A DNA stretch of 62,343 bases, filler included, from Collodictyon triciliatum (Eukaryota), in assembly GCA_043381765.1 (NCBI GenBank). It is 9 parts of 9 records of this genome, joined end to end, with 100 filler letters (N's around TTAATTAATTAA, not from the genome) between each part and the next. Parts side by side here need not be neighbours in the genome. Positions count along the whole stretch, not along the records: positions 52,689 to 60,110 come from JBHJMP010003908.1; positions 60,211 to 62,343 come from JBHJMP010004042.1; 7 more parts are not named here. The stretch is one strand, 5' to 3'. Each line of letters opens with the position of its first letter. Position 1 is the stretch's first letter. Of the stretch, positions 59,406 through 62,343 are shown piece after piece. The notes beneath the pieces are model-generated. The model was not told where the DNA came from. It did no database searches and worked only from the letters and a program-made list of their open reading frames with translations. Position numbers and translations under genes: made by a program.

Positions 59406-59952
59406 CTAAAAAGCGATTCTGACTTCTGCACAATTTTTGTTCGATGGCCATGATTTGATTCTAGAATAAAAATTCACTCTCGAATCGGCTGATGTCTTGC
59501 TGCTTCACCCTCAACCTTTCATTACAATCAATGATGCGTTGGGCTTCCGTGGGGTCGCCTCGCCCAGTAACAATCTCGATTTTGCATTGAACTGAGTTAC
59601 TGAGTTTGGGGAAATCAATTTATGTAAGTTCAGTATTCATAGACACGTTCGTAAATCTGTTGATCATATCCAATACACAAATGAGTTTGTATATAAGAAA
59701 AGGATAGTAAACGTGGCTATAATATGGGAAGTATGAAAAAAAAAAGAATCCCGATGAAAAGAAAAAAGAAGGTTGGCGAAATCATTGAGCGAATATATTT
59801 TCGGATGAATAGGACAAAGCGATTCGTACAGGTGGCGGCCCAGCGCTACGAACTTACAAGAAGTTGACTCCCAAAAGACAAAATAGGTGCGCTCCAGGGC
59901 TGATAATGGTTTTTGCTGATTCGTGGAAATGGTCCAGTCTTCGGAAGAGAGG
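59406..59952 (-). CDS. Possible terminal exons of an unidentified gene (5'-partial)
   Basis: Phase-compatible GT-AG exons give LSSEDWTISTNQQKPLSALERTYFVFWESTS|FQCKIEIVTGRGDPTEAQRIIDCNE... No family was recognised and the 3' structure is ambiguous. Confidence 0.3.
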
Positions 59953-60010
59953 CTTCAAATAAAACAAGAATAATTTGTAGAATCATGTCAGCGGTGCTTA
60001 TGAAGAATGT

Positions 60011-60012
<2 letters not shown>

Positions 60013-60102
<90 letters not shown>
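60013..60102. repeat. (CA)n microsatellite at a scaffold end
   Basis: Directly visible. Confidence 0.95.
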
Positions 60103-60106
<4 letters not shown>

Positions 60107-60753
60107 AGAGNNNNNNNNNNNNNNNNNNNNNNNNNNNNNNNNNNNNNNNNNNNNTTAATTAATTAANNNNNNNNNNNNNNNNNNNNNNNNNNNNNNNNNN
60201 NNNNNNNNNNAAACACTATTTGCCCCCAAGAAAACAGCTGGGAAGGCCGCGAAGGAAAGGAAAGACACACCGCAGAACAAGCGATTGCCCAAACACGCTG
60301 CGATCAAACCCAAATCTGCCCCGGTGATTCAAAATGGCCTCCAAAATTCAAAGAAATCGAAGCGAAAACACAAAGGGAATTTGTTGCATAGAAGTCCACA
60401 TTTGGTTTATTGACAATATATGGTATGAATAAGTCCCGAGAGAGCTAAAAAGCCCACCGAAGCGCACCTTTCTTGAGGCTCCATTCCAAAAAAAAAAAAA
60501 AAAAAAATAGTTAAATAACATTCAAAAATTGTGGTGCTGTTGGTTTTACAATCGTGAAAGGGGAGGCTTTTTCACCCCGTTAATACTTAGTCTGGTCCCA
60601 TCTAAAACCGAGGGAGAATCGAAAGGTGCGAGAGATAAAAGACAAGCAAACAGACAGAAAATCAGTCGTTCATAGCCCAGACAACGAGAAGGTATGAAAA
60701 TATACGTGAGTTCTTAGAATCAATATATAACAGCAATATTTAATACACATTAT

Positions 60754-61774
60754 TTATTCGGTGCTTTCGAAATGATAGAGATATGACTCGTTCCAGTTCG
60801 ATGCGAGTATTTTTCCATCCAAACCAATAGCTACGCCGATAGGTTTCTCAACCTCGATGGAGTTGCTTACATCTCCCATGTTCGTGTAGAATATGACCTT
60901 GTTGAAGTTCCAATCCGGCAGGATAAACCAACCATTTGGTCCTCTCCCTAAAAGATTATCGCTTCCGTACCTATCAACAGTCGAACCTTGATGGTACCTA
61001 CCGTCTGGGTGAAATAAATGGAGCTTATTTCCATATGAAGTTACTAATATGATATCATCATCTGTTACAGTGACACCATTACGCCTTTGAATGGATTTGA
61101 AGAACCGTGAGAACCAATTCATCTAACGAATTCAAAGTTTGAATTGAACTGAGCAACACCAACAGCTCCCATGTCGCTGATGTAGAGATTATTCTTTGAG
61201 TCAAACACGGCATAAATTGGTGTATGCCACAGTATCTCGGGGCATGGCCTGTTGATAATCGTCTGTATGACTCCGTCCTGGTCGCAAATACATACTTTAC
61301 GGTCACTTTCGTTCACAATTGCGATTGTTTAGCCACCAGCAGATATTGCAACACCAGTCAAGAGTCCGGCTTTTTCTCTGTTATTCATTTCCGGATCGAT
61401 TTGTGATATAAATTCAAGTCGAGGTGAAAGAATCTGAACTCTTTTATTCTCATAGTCACACACGTAAAAATTGCCAGTGATGGGATGGACGTCTATTGCA
61501 TGTGGTTTGCTGAATTGAAGAGATTCATGAACATTTGTCCCGATACGTCCCATGAATTTAAGAGGCCGAAATAGGTTGCAATAAATCTCACGAAAACCAC
61601 TCCAAACATACTTTGTAATTGGTTGAGACAAAGTGACATCAAGCTTCGAAAAGCATGAAATGTTCTGTGATGACGAGGACCACCTAATGACATGTGGGGT
61701 ATTTGTTCGGGGTGAAACAGATGAATTTCGTTCTCAGGAGTGCGATTTACGAATCTTTTCAATAAGGGAATCAC
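60754..61774 (-). pseudogene. Disrupted intronless NHL-repeat (beta-propeller) gene
   Basis: NHL blades FSKPHAIDVHPITGNFYVCDYENKRVQIL, TPIYAVFDSKNNLYISD and KPIGVAIGLDGKILAS are interrupted by an in-frame TAA (61331-61329), a TGA (61121-61119) and frameshifts near 61082 and upstream of about 61630. Confidence 0.75.
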
Positions 61775-61965
61775 ATAACAAATTAGACAAACGATGATAC
61801 CGTAAATACTTTAATATATCTTCTTTTTTTTTTTGTCCTGAGTTAATTTCTTTGGCACGGAACGTGTTTCCTCCACCACCAAATATACCAACCGAATGGT
61901 TGATTTGTCCTCGTTACATTCCTTGGCAGTCTCGAGGCGCCATTCTGCCAACTTGAAAGCATTAT

Positions 61966-61966
61966 C

Positions 61967-62012
<46 letters not shown>
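61966..62012. repeat. (AAT)n microsatellite
   Basis: Directly visible. Confidence 0.9.
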
Positions 62013-62013
<1 letters not shown>

Positions 62014-62265
62014 GGAGAGAAATACTAGGGTTTTAAAAAAAGTATACGTATTCAACACCTCAATTATTCCATTCATATACACATAGCACGACACAATGAT
62101 AGTCTGTGCGTGGTGGATCACCTGCGCCAGATATCGAGACAGTAACAAGCCCGAATTTCCAATGATCTAGGAAAACTTTTCGCACAGTAGCGCATCAATA
62201 GCCTCAAAATATCCGGCGAGCTTCGGAATGGATGAGTCAGGAGCATGCCCGATGAAGGAGAGAGC

Positions 62266-62343
<78 letters not shown>

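Noticed and set aside
7480-60166. Regularly spaced TTAATTAATTAA palindromes as a biological periodic element
   Set aside because: They always sit in the middle of N runs that total 100 nt, which marks a synthetic six-frame-stop linker.
61119-61331. Stop-codon reassignment suggested by in-frame TAA and TGA in the NHL gene
   Set aside because: The same locus also has frameshifts. Conserved genes here end at TAA (PACRG, TIM22, UTP7) or TGA (receptor kinase) and have no internal stops.

Overview
This window is eukaryotic, intron-dense, mostly AT-rich DNA read with the standard genetic code. It is probably from a flagellated protist: it carries PACRG, a Roco protein, a receptor kinase-cyclase-kinase and a CAR/Frizzled-like GPCR. 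It is not contiguous chromosome. Nine pieces of about 7.4 kb (the last cut by the window end) are joined by eight artificial 100-nt N44-TTAATTAATTAA-N44 linkers, so gene order across a linker means nothing. Manual splicing gives about 15 gene models: an AIR9-like A9-repeat protein, a receptor TKL kinase-cyclase-kinase, a tail-anchored coiled-coil protein, PACRG, nicotinamidase, a GPCR, TIM22, an SLC35B3-like transporter, a Roco kinase, a CaMKK-like kinase, a C5-DNA-methyltransferase-fold protein, a probable RasGAP C-terminus, a TMEM132-like cohesin/dockerin surface protein, UTP7/WDR46 and an NHL-repeat pseudogene. Five observations stand out. (1) A DNMT-fold protein has lost its canonical catalytic residues but has a Cys in motif VI, as RNA pyrimidine-C5 methyltransferases do. 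(2) A U12-type AT-AC intron lies immediately before the catalytic Cys codon of nicotinamidase. (3) A receptor kinase has a prokaryote-type glucodextranase-C-like ectodomain. (4) A TMEM132-like protein carries a cohesin-dockerin pair. (5) A Roco gene has exact 69-nt single-LRR exons and a second LRR block after the kinase. All family calls come from motif recognition by eye; no database searches were run.
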